Of a stretch of 64,000 nt of DNA, positions 40,101 to 52,200 are shown one piece after another; position 1 is the stretch's first letter, and each line of letters opens with the position of its first letter. The stretch lies in assembly GCF_964355755.1 (NCBI RefSeq), contig NC_092675.1, positions 14,046,912-14,110,911 on the forward strand, given 5' to 3'. The notes under the pieces are model-generated. The model was not told the DNA's origin and made no database searches. It was given only the letters and a program-made list of their open reading frames with translations. Origin of the DNA: Antedon mediterranea. Lineage: Eukaryota > Animalia > Echinodermata. The position numbers and the translations under genes are program-made.

Positions 40101-43084
40101 AAAGTGCTTAGAATAGCTTCAAATCGCATTTGGAGACGGTTTAGACCATTTTGTGATTTTGAAAAAACTTGTTAACATAAAAACACCAAAGTGCTTAGAA
40201 TAGCTTCAAATCGTATTTGGAGACGTTTTAGACCATTTTGTGATTTTCGAAAAAACTTGTTAACATAAAAACACCAAAGTGCTTAGAATAGCTTCAAATC
40301 ACATTTGGAGACGTTTTAGACCATTTTGTGATTTTTGAAAAAACTTGTTAACATAAAAACACGAAAGTGCTTAGAATAGCTTCAAATCACATTTGGAGAC
40401 GTTTTAGACCATTTTGTGATTTTCGAAAAAGATTGTTAACATAAAAACACCAAAGTGCTTAGAATCACATTATAAACCGTTTTAGACCATTTTGAGCATT
40501 TCAATAACAATTTTCACACAAAAACATCAAAGAGCACAAAATAGCTTAATATCGTATTTAAAAATGTTTTAGACCATTTTGAGCATTTAGATAAAACTTT
40601 TTCACACAAAACACCAAAGTGCTTAGAATAGCTTCAAATCGAATTTGGAGACGGTTTAGACCATTTTGTGATTTTGAAAAAACTTGTTAACATAAAAACA
40701 CCAAAGTGCTTAGAATAGCTTCAAATTGCATTTGGAGACGTTTTAGACCATTTTGTGATTTTCGAAAAAACTTGTTAACATAAAAACACGAAAGTGCTTA
40801 GAATAGCTTAAAATCGTATTTGGAGACGTTTTAGACCATTTTGAGATTTTCGAAAAAACTTGGTTACACAAAAACATCAAAGTGCTTAAAATCACATTAA
40901 AAACCGTTTCAGACCATTTTCAGCATTTCGATAACACTTTTCACACAAAAACATCAAAGAGCACAAAATAGCTTAATATCGTATTTAAAAACGTTTTAGA
41001 CCATTTTGAGCATTTCGACAAAACTTTTTCACACAAAACACCAAAGTGCTTAGAATAGCTTCAAATCGCATTTGGAGACGTTTTAGACCAATTTGTGCAT
41101 TTCGATGAAACTTGATTACACAAAAACATCAAAGTTCTTAAAATCACATTATAAACCGTTTTAGACCATTTTGAGCATTTCGATAACACTTTTCACACAA
41201 AAACATCAAAGAGCACAAAATAGCTTAATATCGTATTTAAAAACGTTTTAGACCATTTTGAGCATTTAGACAAAACTTTTTCACACAAAACTCCAAAGTG
41301 CTTAGAATAGCTTCAAATCGCATTTGGAGACGTTTTAGAACATTTTGTGTTTTTCGAAAAAACCTGTTAACATAAAAACACCAAAGTGCTTAGAATAGCT
41401 TCAAATCGCATTTGGAGACTATTAAGACCATTTTGTGATTTTTGAAAAAACTTGTTAACATAAAAACACGAAAGTGCTTAGAATAGCTTCAAATCGCATT
41501 TGGAAACGTTTTAGACCATTTTGTGATTTTCGAAAAAGATTGTTAACATAAAAACACCAATGTGCTTAGAATCACATTATACACCGTTTTAGACCATTTT
41601 GAGCATTTCGATAACAATTTTCACACAAAAACATCAAAGGGCACAAAATAGCTTAATATCGTATTTAAAAATGTTTTAGACCATTTTGAGCATTTAGATA
41701 AAACTTTTTCACACAAAACACCAAAGTGCTTAGAATAGCTTCAAATCGCATTTGGAGACGGTTTAGAACATTTTGTGATTTTGAAAAAACTTGTTAACAT
41801 AAAAACACCAAAGTGCTTAGAATAGCTTCAAATCGCATTTGGAGACGTTTTAGACCATTTTGTGATTTTCGAAAAAACTTGTTAACATAAAAACACCAAA
41901 GTGCTTAGAATAGCTTCAAATCGTATTTGGAGACGTTTTAGACCATTTTGAGATTTTCGAAAAAACTTGGTTACACAAAAACATCAAAGTGCTTAAAATC
42001 ACATTATAAACCGTTTTAGACCATTTTGAGCATTTCGATAACACTTTTCACACAAAAACATCAAAGAGCACAAAATAGCTTAATATCGTATTTAAAAACG
42101 TTTTAGACCATTTTGAGCATTTCGACAAAACTTTTTCACACAAAACACCAAAGTGCTTAGAATAGCTTCAAATCGCATTTGGAGACGTTTTAGACCAATT
42201 TGTGCATTTCGATGAAACTTGATTACACAAAAACATCAAAGTGCTTAAAATCACATTATAAACCGTTTTAGACCATTTTGAGCATTTCGATAACACTTTT
42301 CACACAAAAACATCAAAGAGCACAAAATAGCTTAATATCGTATTTAAAAACGTTTTAGACCATTTTGAGCATTTAGACAAAACTTTTTCACACAAAACAC
42401 CAAAGTGCTTAGAATAGCTTCAAATCGCATTTGGAGACGTTTTAGACCATTTTGTGCATTTCGATGAAACTTGGTTACACAAAAACATCAAAGTGCTTAA
42501 AATCACATTATAAATCGTTTTAGACCATTTTGAGCATTTCGACAAAACTTTTTCACACAAAATACAAAAGTGCTTAGAATAGCTTCAAATCGCATTTGGA
42601 GACGTTTTAGACCATTTTGTGATTTTCGAAAAAACTTTTTAACATAAAAACACCAAAGTGCTTAGAATAGCTTCAAATCGTATTTTAGACCATTTTGAGA
42701 TTTTCGAAAAAACTTGGTTACACAAAAATATCAAAGTGCTTAAAATCACATTATAAACCGTTTTAGACCATTTTGAGCATTTCGATAACACTTTTCACAC
42801 AAAAACATCAAAGAGCACAAAATAGCTTAATATCGTATTTAAAAACGTTTTAGACCATTTTGAGCATTTCGACAAAACTTTTTCACACAAAACACCAAAG
42901 TGCTTAGAATAGCTTCAAATCGCATTTGGAGACGTTTTAGACCAATTTGTGCATTTCGATGAAACTTGATTACACACAAAAACATCAAAGTGCTTAAAAT
43001 CACATTATAAACCGTTTTAGACCATTTTGAGCATTTCGATAACACTTTTCACACAAAAACATCAAAGAGCACAAAATAGCTTAA
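28110..43084. repeat. Tandem satellite DNA array, block 3
   Basis: Same monomer family and orientation, in register across the LTR insertion. Confidence 0.98.
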
Positions 43085-45388
43085 AATGGATATGAAAGGA
43101 TTTTAAAATTTCACAAAAAGGACTTTGTATGAATCCTTTTAATGTTAATAAACAGCACACAAAAAATTAGATTCAAATACCTAGTAGAAATTGAGAAATA
43201 AACAAATTAAATTTTGGTATAAAACGTCCGCAAAATGGCCGACCAACTGGCACGCCATCTTAATTTTTATGAACGTTCTATACGCACGTACGAGATCGTC
43301 AAATTTAGAGTTTGAAACACCCGGGGTTGTAGCCACGGCAGCAGTCGTTTTGTGATTGGTTAATGAATTTTAATACAGTCCAATCACCGCCTTGTCTCGT
43401 TCGCGGACTGTGTGGTGTAAACAAAATAAACAAACCCATGCTACACGAGACTCGCGTGTTGCAAGCTCCCTGTTGCTAAAATATCGATATTTCACAAATC
43501 AATAAAAAGTTATGTCTGCAAAGATTGTACGTGAAAAGAAGAAAGTGTGTATTTGTACTTCTCACACTAAACCACTCACGCAGACTACAAATTAGGCTAG
43601 GTCTAGTAGACTATAGTTTCTTCTAAATTCGCTAGTAGTAGGCTAGGCCTACACATGGAGTTACTCCATGGCCTACAGTACAAGAGAGTAGCAGTCGCCG
43701 GTCCACCGACGAACCTCCAGGAAGTGGACAAGGCGCGGGCGTAGACGTATGTAAAAGGCGACGTAAATAAAAAAGGTAAGCTTGTGTTGAACTTGTTTTT
43801 GGCTCTGACTTTTGTTATTGACTAATATAGTAATATAATAATACTAAGACTGTAACCCTAGCACTCGCGTCTAAAGAATTCTATTATGCATATTTTACTA
43901 TTCTTCATAAATATTTAGTTCTGTAATTTTAATTGTCTGCGCTCATTCTATACTTGGTGTCTTAGTATACTGCATAAATGTATCGTGCAAGCATGATCCA
44001 AGTAGCATCTATTATAAAGTACTCTGGGTATCTTTCTATTCACCTGAAAAAAGGAAAATGAATAAGCACATGTTTATCTGCCCTCAAAACAAAATAATAA
44101 TTTAGTATAATGTATTATGTAGGTTTGATCAACAGTTTAAAATAGCAATGCTCAGTATCTGTTACCTTAATATTATAATTTTACTCTAACATTTGCGCTT
44201 CCATTCCAATCAATAAATACATTTGCTTATCCCGTCCATCAATTATCATAATTGCACTCCAATTATAGACCTGTAGGTAGGTAAAAATACAAATGAATTG
44301 TTTATTTACTGTATACTGTACTGTATATTGTACTGTATATGATACAAGCTGAAATACCCCTAACTAGGCCTGGCCTGTTATAACCTTTATTACTACATTA
44401 GAGAAAATCCAACTCTATTCATTTTATTGGGAATCATAATACAGTATTTAGTATTCAGTGTTGCCTAGCCTACTAGCTAGTAGGGCGGCATGTAATAACA
44501 AAAAAATATTTTAATAATACGTTAGTCAGGACACTACAGCACACAACAATATTATTAATAAACGTACTTATAAATAATGTGTATATACATAATACAGTAA
44601 CACAATTGTGCCTACCATTAACACCCTCAACGATACATCAAGGAGCATACGCTCTCAGCTCACCTCTGGCCGGGCGACTAAACACCGTATCCAGCAGTCA
44701 TCACTACTAAAAAGGCCTAGGCCTAGGCCTAGCTAGCTCCAGGCCATGGCATTGTCAAACACCATTTACTCGTCCAACCGTTTCTTCAAAACGATGTTAA
44801 CACCCGTGTTAACAAGACGATGTGGACGAATTTCCATCAATTTCAGTTAATTACAACGAAATAATAATAAAATGAATGTTTCAATAATACGTGTATAATA
44901 AATAGCGAAATAAACATCGCTCGCGAGGAGGGTCGAGAGAGAGGCCAAGGTGGTCGACTCTGTGATTCTCACGCATGCGCAAAATAACTCCGTGTACCCA
45001 GCAAGATAGGCATTTGGCTATGAATTTCGTAAAAGATGGCCTTGAAAAACGAAATTAAAATCCGTTTTAAAAAAAACTTGGTTGATAATATGAATTAATT
45101 TTATTCGATTAGGCTAACATACTTATCCAAGAATAAAAATATCAAAGCAATAAGTAATTACTACCATGCTTTTGCATCAATCAATGATTTACTGCTAAAT
45201 TCCTATCTCTGTAATACAAAAATAACTTTTAGTGACGTCACAAAAAGTTTTTCACAGGTTTCTCAGGGGCGTTTTGAGGGCGTTGTCGTCCTCCAAAACA
45301 TTAAGTATGACTATGGCAAGCTTAAAACTGATTGATCTACACGTTGAGCCAATAAAATGATATTGCTAGGAACCCTTTCATATCCATT
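43085..45388. mobile_element. Non-autonomous TTAA-specific DNA transposon, Kolobok-like, copy 1 (2304 bp; lacks a 613-bp segment)
   Basis: TTAA TSD at 43081-43084 and 45389-45392, inside satellite AGCTTAATATCG. TIR AATGGATATGAAAGG is 15 bp perfect (17/18 extended). Purine-purine 5' termini with a TTAA TSD fit Kolobok rather than piggyBac (CCY termini). No ORF of 60 aa or more. Confidence 0.8.
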
Positions 45389-46317
45389 TTAATATCGTAT
45401 TTAAAAACGTTTTAGACCATTTTGAGCATTTAGACAAAACTTTTTCACACAAAACACCAAAGTGCTTAGAATAGCTTCAAATCGCATTTGGAGACGTTTT
45501 AGACCATTTTGTGATTTTCAAAAAAACTTGTTAACATAAAAACACCAAAGTGCTTAGAATAGCTTCAAATCGTATTTGGAGACGTTTTAGACCATTTTGT
45601 GATTTTCGAAAAAACTTGTTAACATAAAAACACCAAAGTGCTTAGAATAGCTTCAAATCGCATTTGGAGACGTTTTAGACCATTTTGTGCATTTCGATGA
45701 AACTTGGTTACACAAAAACATCAAAGTGCTTAAAATCACATTATAAATCGTTTTAGACCATTTTGAGCATTTCGACAAAACTTTTTCACACAAAATACAA
45801 AAGTGCTTAGAATAGCTTCAAATCGCATTTGGAGACGTTTTAGACCATTTTGTGATTTTCGAAAAAACTTTTTAACATAAAAACACCAAAGTGCTTAGAA
45901 TAGCTTCAAATCGTATTTTAGACCATTTTGAGATTTTCGAAAAAACTTGGTTACACAAAAATATCAAAGTGCTTAAAATCACATTATAAACCGTTTTAGA
46001 CCATTTTGAGCATTTCGATAACACTTTTCACACAAAAACATCAAAGAGCACAAAATAGCTTAATATCGTATTTAAAAACGTTTTAGACCATTTTGAGCAT
46101 TTCGACAAAACTTTTTCACACAAAACACCAAAGTGCTTAGAATAGCTTCAAATCGCATTTGGAGACGTTTTAGACCAATTTGTGCATTTCGATGAAACTT
46201 GATTACACACAAAAACATCAAAGTGCTTAAAATCACATTATAAACCGTTTTAGACCATTTTGAGCATTTCGATAACACTTTTCACACAAAAACATCAAAG
46301 AGCACAAAATAGCTTAA
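45389..46317. repeat. Satellite spacer (929 bp) between the two Kolobok-like copies
   Basis: About 11 monomers. The left part matches the flank after copy 2 and the right part matches the flank before copy 1. Confidence 0.96.
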
Positions 46318-49234
46318 AATGGATATGAAAGGATTTTAAAATTTCACAAAAAGGACTTTGTATGAATCCTTTTAATGTTAATAAACAGCACACAAAAAAT
46401 TAGATTCAAATACCTAGTAGAAATTGAGAAATAAACAAATTAAATTTTGGTATAAAACGTCCGCAAAATGGCCGACCAACTGGCACGCCATCTTAATTTT
46501 TATGAACGTTCTATACGCACGTACGAGATCGTCAAATTTAGAGTTTGAAACACCCGGGGTTGTAGCCACGGCAGCAGTCGTTTTGTGATTGGTTAATGAA
46601 TTTTAATACAGTCCAATCACCGCCTTGTCTCGTTCGCGGACTGTGTGGTGTAAACAAAATAAACAAACCCATGCTACACGAGACTCGCGTGTTGCAAGCT
46701 CCCTGTTGCTAAAATATCGATATTTCACAAATCAATAAAAAGTTATGTCTGCAAAGATTGTACGTGAAAAGAAGAAAGTGTGTATTTGTACTTCTCACAC
46801 TAAACCACTCACGCAGACTACAAATTAGGCTAGGTCTAGTAGACTATAGTTTCTTCTAAATTCGCTAGTAGTAGGCTAGGCCTACACATGGAGTTACTCC
46901 ATGGCCTACAGTACAAGAGAGTAGCAGTCGCCGGTCCACCGACGAACCTCCAGGAAGTGGACAAGGCGCGGGCGTAGACGTATGTAAAAGGCGACGTAAA
47001 TAAAAAAGGTAAGCTTGTGTTGAACTTGTTTTTGGCTCTGACTTTTGTTATTGACTAATATAGTAATATAATAATACTAATAATTAAAGTAGGCCTAGAG
47101 CAGAGGAGGTGAGGCCGAGAGGATTATTATAGTTTAGTTAGTAACTGTAGTGTAATTAAATAATAACCTCTTTCTGTTTGTTACCAAGTCATAAAATATA
47201 ATACTATAGGGCCTAGAGGTAGGATTGAATAAAAATAATAGTACATTTTCATCCATTTATTGGTCTTATCTTTGCAGATTTATGGAATCAACAGTACATG
47301 AGATGGCTTTGAAGAACTGTAATAGTACTAGTAATAAAATTGTAAACATCAAATTATATGGCAGAAATAGTGTGTGGAATGAATTTTATTGAACAAATGT
47401 ATCATAATGAGTTTGGAACAAGCAGGATTTTTCAAACAGGACATAAATTACTTTTGAGACCTGAGTGATACATTTTAATTCTATCAACACCAGCCAGCTC
47501 CATCATATTCAAGAGATGGATTCTTTCATAAATGTCCATTGTACATAGTATTTGGCTAAATAAATAAAAAAAGAAGTACAGTAGTGGTTTATTTGTTTAT
47601 ATACCCAGACCCATTTAATGGTTAAAAACAAACACTATATGATGCACTGCTACTAGTGTACTGTCTGGTAGTACATTACCATAGTTACAGTATGACTGTA
47701 ACCCTAGCACTCGCGTCTAAAGAATTCTATTATGCATATTTTACTATTCTTCATAAATATTTAGTTCTGTAATTTTAATTGTCTGCGCTCATTCTATACT
47801 TGGTGTCTTAGTATACTGCATAAATGTATCGTGCAAGCATGATCCAAGTAGCATCTATTATAAAGTACTCTGGGTATCTTTCTATTCACCTGAAAAAAGG
47901 AAAATGAATAAGCACATGTTTATCTGCCCTCAAAACAAAATAATAATTTAGTATAATGTATTATGTAGGTTTGATCAACAGTTTAAAATAGCAATGCTCA
48001 GTATCTGTTACCTTAATATTATAATTTTACTCTAACATTTGCGCTTCCATTCCAATCAATAAATACATTTGCTTATCCCGTCCATCAATTATCATAATTG
48101 CACTCCAATTATAGACCTGTAGGTAGGTAAAAATACAAATGAATTGTTTATTTACTGTATACTGTACTGTATATTGTACTGTATATGATACAAGCTGAAA
48201 TACCCCTAACTAGGCCTGGCCTGTTATAACCTTTATTACTACATTAGAGAAAATCCAACTCTATTCATTTTATTGGGAATCATAATACAGTATTTAGTAT
48301 TCAGTGTTGCCTAGCCTACTAGCTAGTAGGGCGGCATGTAATAACAAAAAAATATTTTAATAATACGTTAGTCAGGACACTACAGCACACAACAATATTA
48401 TTAATAAACGTACTTATAAATAATGTGTATATACATAATACAGTAACACAATTGTGCCTACCATTAACACCCTCAACGATACATCAAGGAGCATACGCTC
48501 TCAGCTCACCTCTGGCCGGGCGACTAAACACCGTATCCAGCAGTCATCACTACTAAAAAGGCCTAGGCCTAGGCCTAGCTAGCTCCAGGCCATGGCATTG
48601 TCAAACACCATTTACTCGTCCAACCGTTTCTTCAAAACGATGTTAACACCCGTGTTAACAAGACGATGTGGACGAATTTCCATCAATTTCAGTTAATTAC
48701 AACGAAATAATAATAAAATGAATGTTTCAATAATACGTGTATAATAAATAGCGAAATAAACATCGCTCGCGAGGAGGGTCGAGAGAGAGGCCAAGGTGGT
48801 CGACTCTGTGATTCTCACGCATGCGCAAAATAACTCCGTGTACCCAGCAAGATAGGCATTTGGCTATGAATTTCGTAAAAGATGGCCTTGAAAAACGAAA
48901 TTAAAATCCGTTTTAAAAAAAACTTGGTTGATAATATGAATTAATTTTATTCGATTAGGCTAACATACTTATCCAAGAATAAAAATATCAAAGCAATAAG
49001 TAATTACTACCATGCTTTTGCATCAATCAATGATTTACTGCTAAATTCCTATCTCTGTAATACAAAAATAACTTTTAGTGACGTCACAAAAAGTTTTTCA
49101 CAGGTTTCTCAGGGGCGTTTTGAGGGCGTTGTCGTCCTCCAAAACATTAAGTATGACTATGGCAAGCTTAAAACTGATTGATCTACACGTTGAGCCAATA
49201 AAATGATATTGCTAGGAACCCTTTCATATCCATT
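46318..49234. mobile_element. Non-autonomous Kolobok-like DNA transposon, copy 2 (2917 bp)
   Basis: TTAA TSD at 46314-46317 and 49235-49238, with the same TIRs. Apparently identical to copy 1 except for an extra 613 bp at 47081-47693. Confidence 0.8.
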
Positions 49235-52200
49235 TTAATATCGTATTTAAAAACGTTTTAGACCATTTTGAGCATTTAGACAAAACTTTTTCACACAAAA
49301 CACCAAAGTGCTTAGAATAGCTTCAAATCGCATTTGGAGACGTTTTAGACCATTTTGTGATTTTCAAAAAAACTTGTTAACATAAAAACACCAAAGTGCT
49401 TAGAATAGCTTCAAATCGTATTTGGAGACGTTTTAGACCATTTTGTGATTTTCGAAAAAACTTGTTAACATAAAAACACCAAAGTGCTTAGAATAGCTTC
49501 AAATCGCATTTGGAGATATTTTAGACCAATTTGTGATTTTCGAAAAAAACTTGTCAACATAAAAACACCAAAGTGTTTAGAATAGCTTCAAATCGCATTT
49601 GGAGACGTTTTAGACCAATTTGTGATTTTCGAAAAAACTTATCAACATAAAAACACCAAAGGGTTTAGAATAGCTTCAAATCGCATTTGGAGACGTTTTA
49701 GACCATTTTGTGATTTTCGAAAAAACTTGTTAACATAAAAACACGAAAGTGCTTAGAATAGCTTCAAATCGCATTTGGAAACGTTTTAGACCATTTTGTG
49801 ATTTTCGAAAAAACTTGTTAACATAAAAACACGAAAGTGCTTAGAATAGCTTCAAATCGCATTTGGAAACGTTTTAGACCATTTTGTGATTTTCGAAAAA
49901 AATTGTTAACATAAAAACACCAAAGTGCTTAGAATCACATTATAAACCGTTTTAGACCATTTTGAGCATTTCGATAACAATTTTCACACAAAAACATCAA
50001 AGAGCACAAAATAGCTTAATATCGTATTTAAAAATGTTTTAGACCATTTTGAGCATTTGGATAAAACTTTTTCACACAAAACACCAAAGTGCTTAGAATA
50101 GCTTCAAATCGCATTTGGAGACGTTTTAGACCATTTTGTGATTTTTGAAAAAAATTGTTAACATAAAAACACCAAAGTGCTTAGAATAGCTTCAAATCAC
50201 ATTTGGAGACGTTTTAGACCATTTTGTGATATTCGAAAAAACTTGTTAACATAAAAACACGAAAGTGCTTAGAATAGCTTCAAATCGCATTTGGAAACGT
50301 TTTAGACCATTTTGTGATTTTCGAAAAAACTTGTTAACATAAAAACACCAAAGTGCTTAGAATAGCTTCAAATCGCATTTGGAAACGTTTTAGACCATTT
50401 TGTGATTTTCGAAAAAACTTATCAACATAAAAACACCAAAGGGTTTAGAATAGCTTCAAATCGCATTTTGAGACGTTTTAGACCATTTTGTGATTTTCGA
50501 AAAAACTTGTTAACATAAAAACACGAAAGTGCTTAGAATAGCTTCAAATCGCATTTGGAAACGTTTTAGACCATTTTGTGATTTTCGAAAAAACTTGTTA
50601 ACATAAAAACACGAAAGTGCTTAGAATAGCTTCAAATCGCATTTGGAAACGTTTTAGACCATTTTGTGATTTTCGAAAAAAATTGTTAACATAAAAACAC
50701 CAAAGTGCTTAGAATCACATTATAAACCGTTTTAGACCATTTTGAGCATTTCGATAACAATTTTCACACAAAAACATCAAAGAGCACAAAATAGCTTAAT
50801 ATCGTATTTAAAAATGTTTTAGACCATTTTGAGCATTTGGATAAAACTTTTTCACACAAAACACCAAAGTGCTTAGAATAGCTTCAAATCGCATTTGGAG
50901 ACGTTTTAGACCATTTTGTGATTTTTGAAAAAAATTGTTAACATAAAAACACCAAAGTGCTTAGAATAGCTTCAAATCACATTTGGAGACGTTTTAGACC
51001 ATTTTGTGATATTCGAAAAAACTTGTTAACATAAAAACACGAAAGTGCTTAGAATAGCTTCAAATCGCATTTGGAAACGTTTTAGACCATTTTGTGATTT
51101 TCGAAAAAACTTGTTAACATAAAAACACCAAAGTGCTTAGAATAGCTTCAAATCGCATTTGGAAACGTTTTAGACCATTTTGTTATTTTCGAAAAAAATT
51201 GTTAACATAAAAACACCAAAGTGCTTAGAATCACATTATAAACCGTTTTAGACCATTTTGAGCATTTCGATAACAATTTTCACACAAAAACATCAAAGAG
51301 CACAAAATAGCTTAATATCGTATTTAAAAATGTTTTAGACCATTTTGAGCATTTAGATAAAACTTTTTTACACAAAACACCAAAGTGCTTAGAATAGCTT
51401 CAAATCGCATTTGGAGACGTTTTAGACCATTTTGTGATTTTTGAAAAAACTTGTTAACATAAAAACACCAAAGTGCTTAGAATAGCTTCAAATCACATTT
51501 GGAGACGTTTTAGACCATTTTGTGATTTTCGAAAAAACTTGTTAACATAAAAACACGAAAGTGCTTAGAATAGCTTCAAATCGCATTTGGAAACGTTTTA
51601 GACCATTTTGTGATTTTCGAAAAAACTTGTTAACATAAAAACACGAAAGTGCTTAGAATAGCTTCAAATCGCATTTGGAAACGTTTTAGACCATTTTGTG
51701 ATTTTCGAAAAAAATTGTTAACATAAAAACACCAAAGTGTTTAGAATAGCTTCAAATCGCATTTGGAGACGTTTTAGACCAATTTGTGATTTTCGAAAAA
51801 ACTTATCAACATAAAAACACCAAAGGGTTTAGAATAGCTTCAAATCGCATTTGGAGACGTTTTAGACCATTTTGTGATTTTCGAAAAAACTTGTTAACAT
51901 AAAAACACGAAAGTGCTTAGAATATCTTCAAATCGCATTTGGAAACATTTTAGACCATTTTGTGATTTTCGAAAAAACTTGTTAACATAAAAACATGAAA
52001 GTGCTTAGAATAGCTTCAAATCGTATTTGGAGACGTTTTAGACCATTTTGTGATTTTCGAAAAAACTTGTTAACATAAAAACACCAAAGTGCTTAGAATA
52101 GCTTCAAATCGCATTTGGAGACGTTTTAGACCATTTTGTGCATTTCGATGAAACTTGGTTACACAAAAACATCAAAGTGCTTAAAATCACATTATAAACC

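Noticed and set aside
44795-44814. TGTTAACACCCGTGTTAACA hairpin echoing the satellite TGTTAACA as evidence that the satellite derives from the transposon
   Set aside because: The match is only an 8-bp palindrome with no flanking similarity.
43085-49234. piggyBac assignment, or a composite LTR-like element formed by the two copies
   Set aside because: The termini are AATGG, not CCY. Each copy has its own TIRs and TTAA TSD, and the intervening DNA is ordinary satellite.
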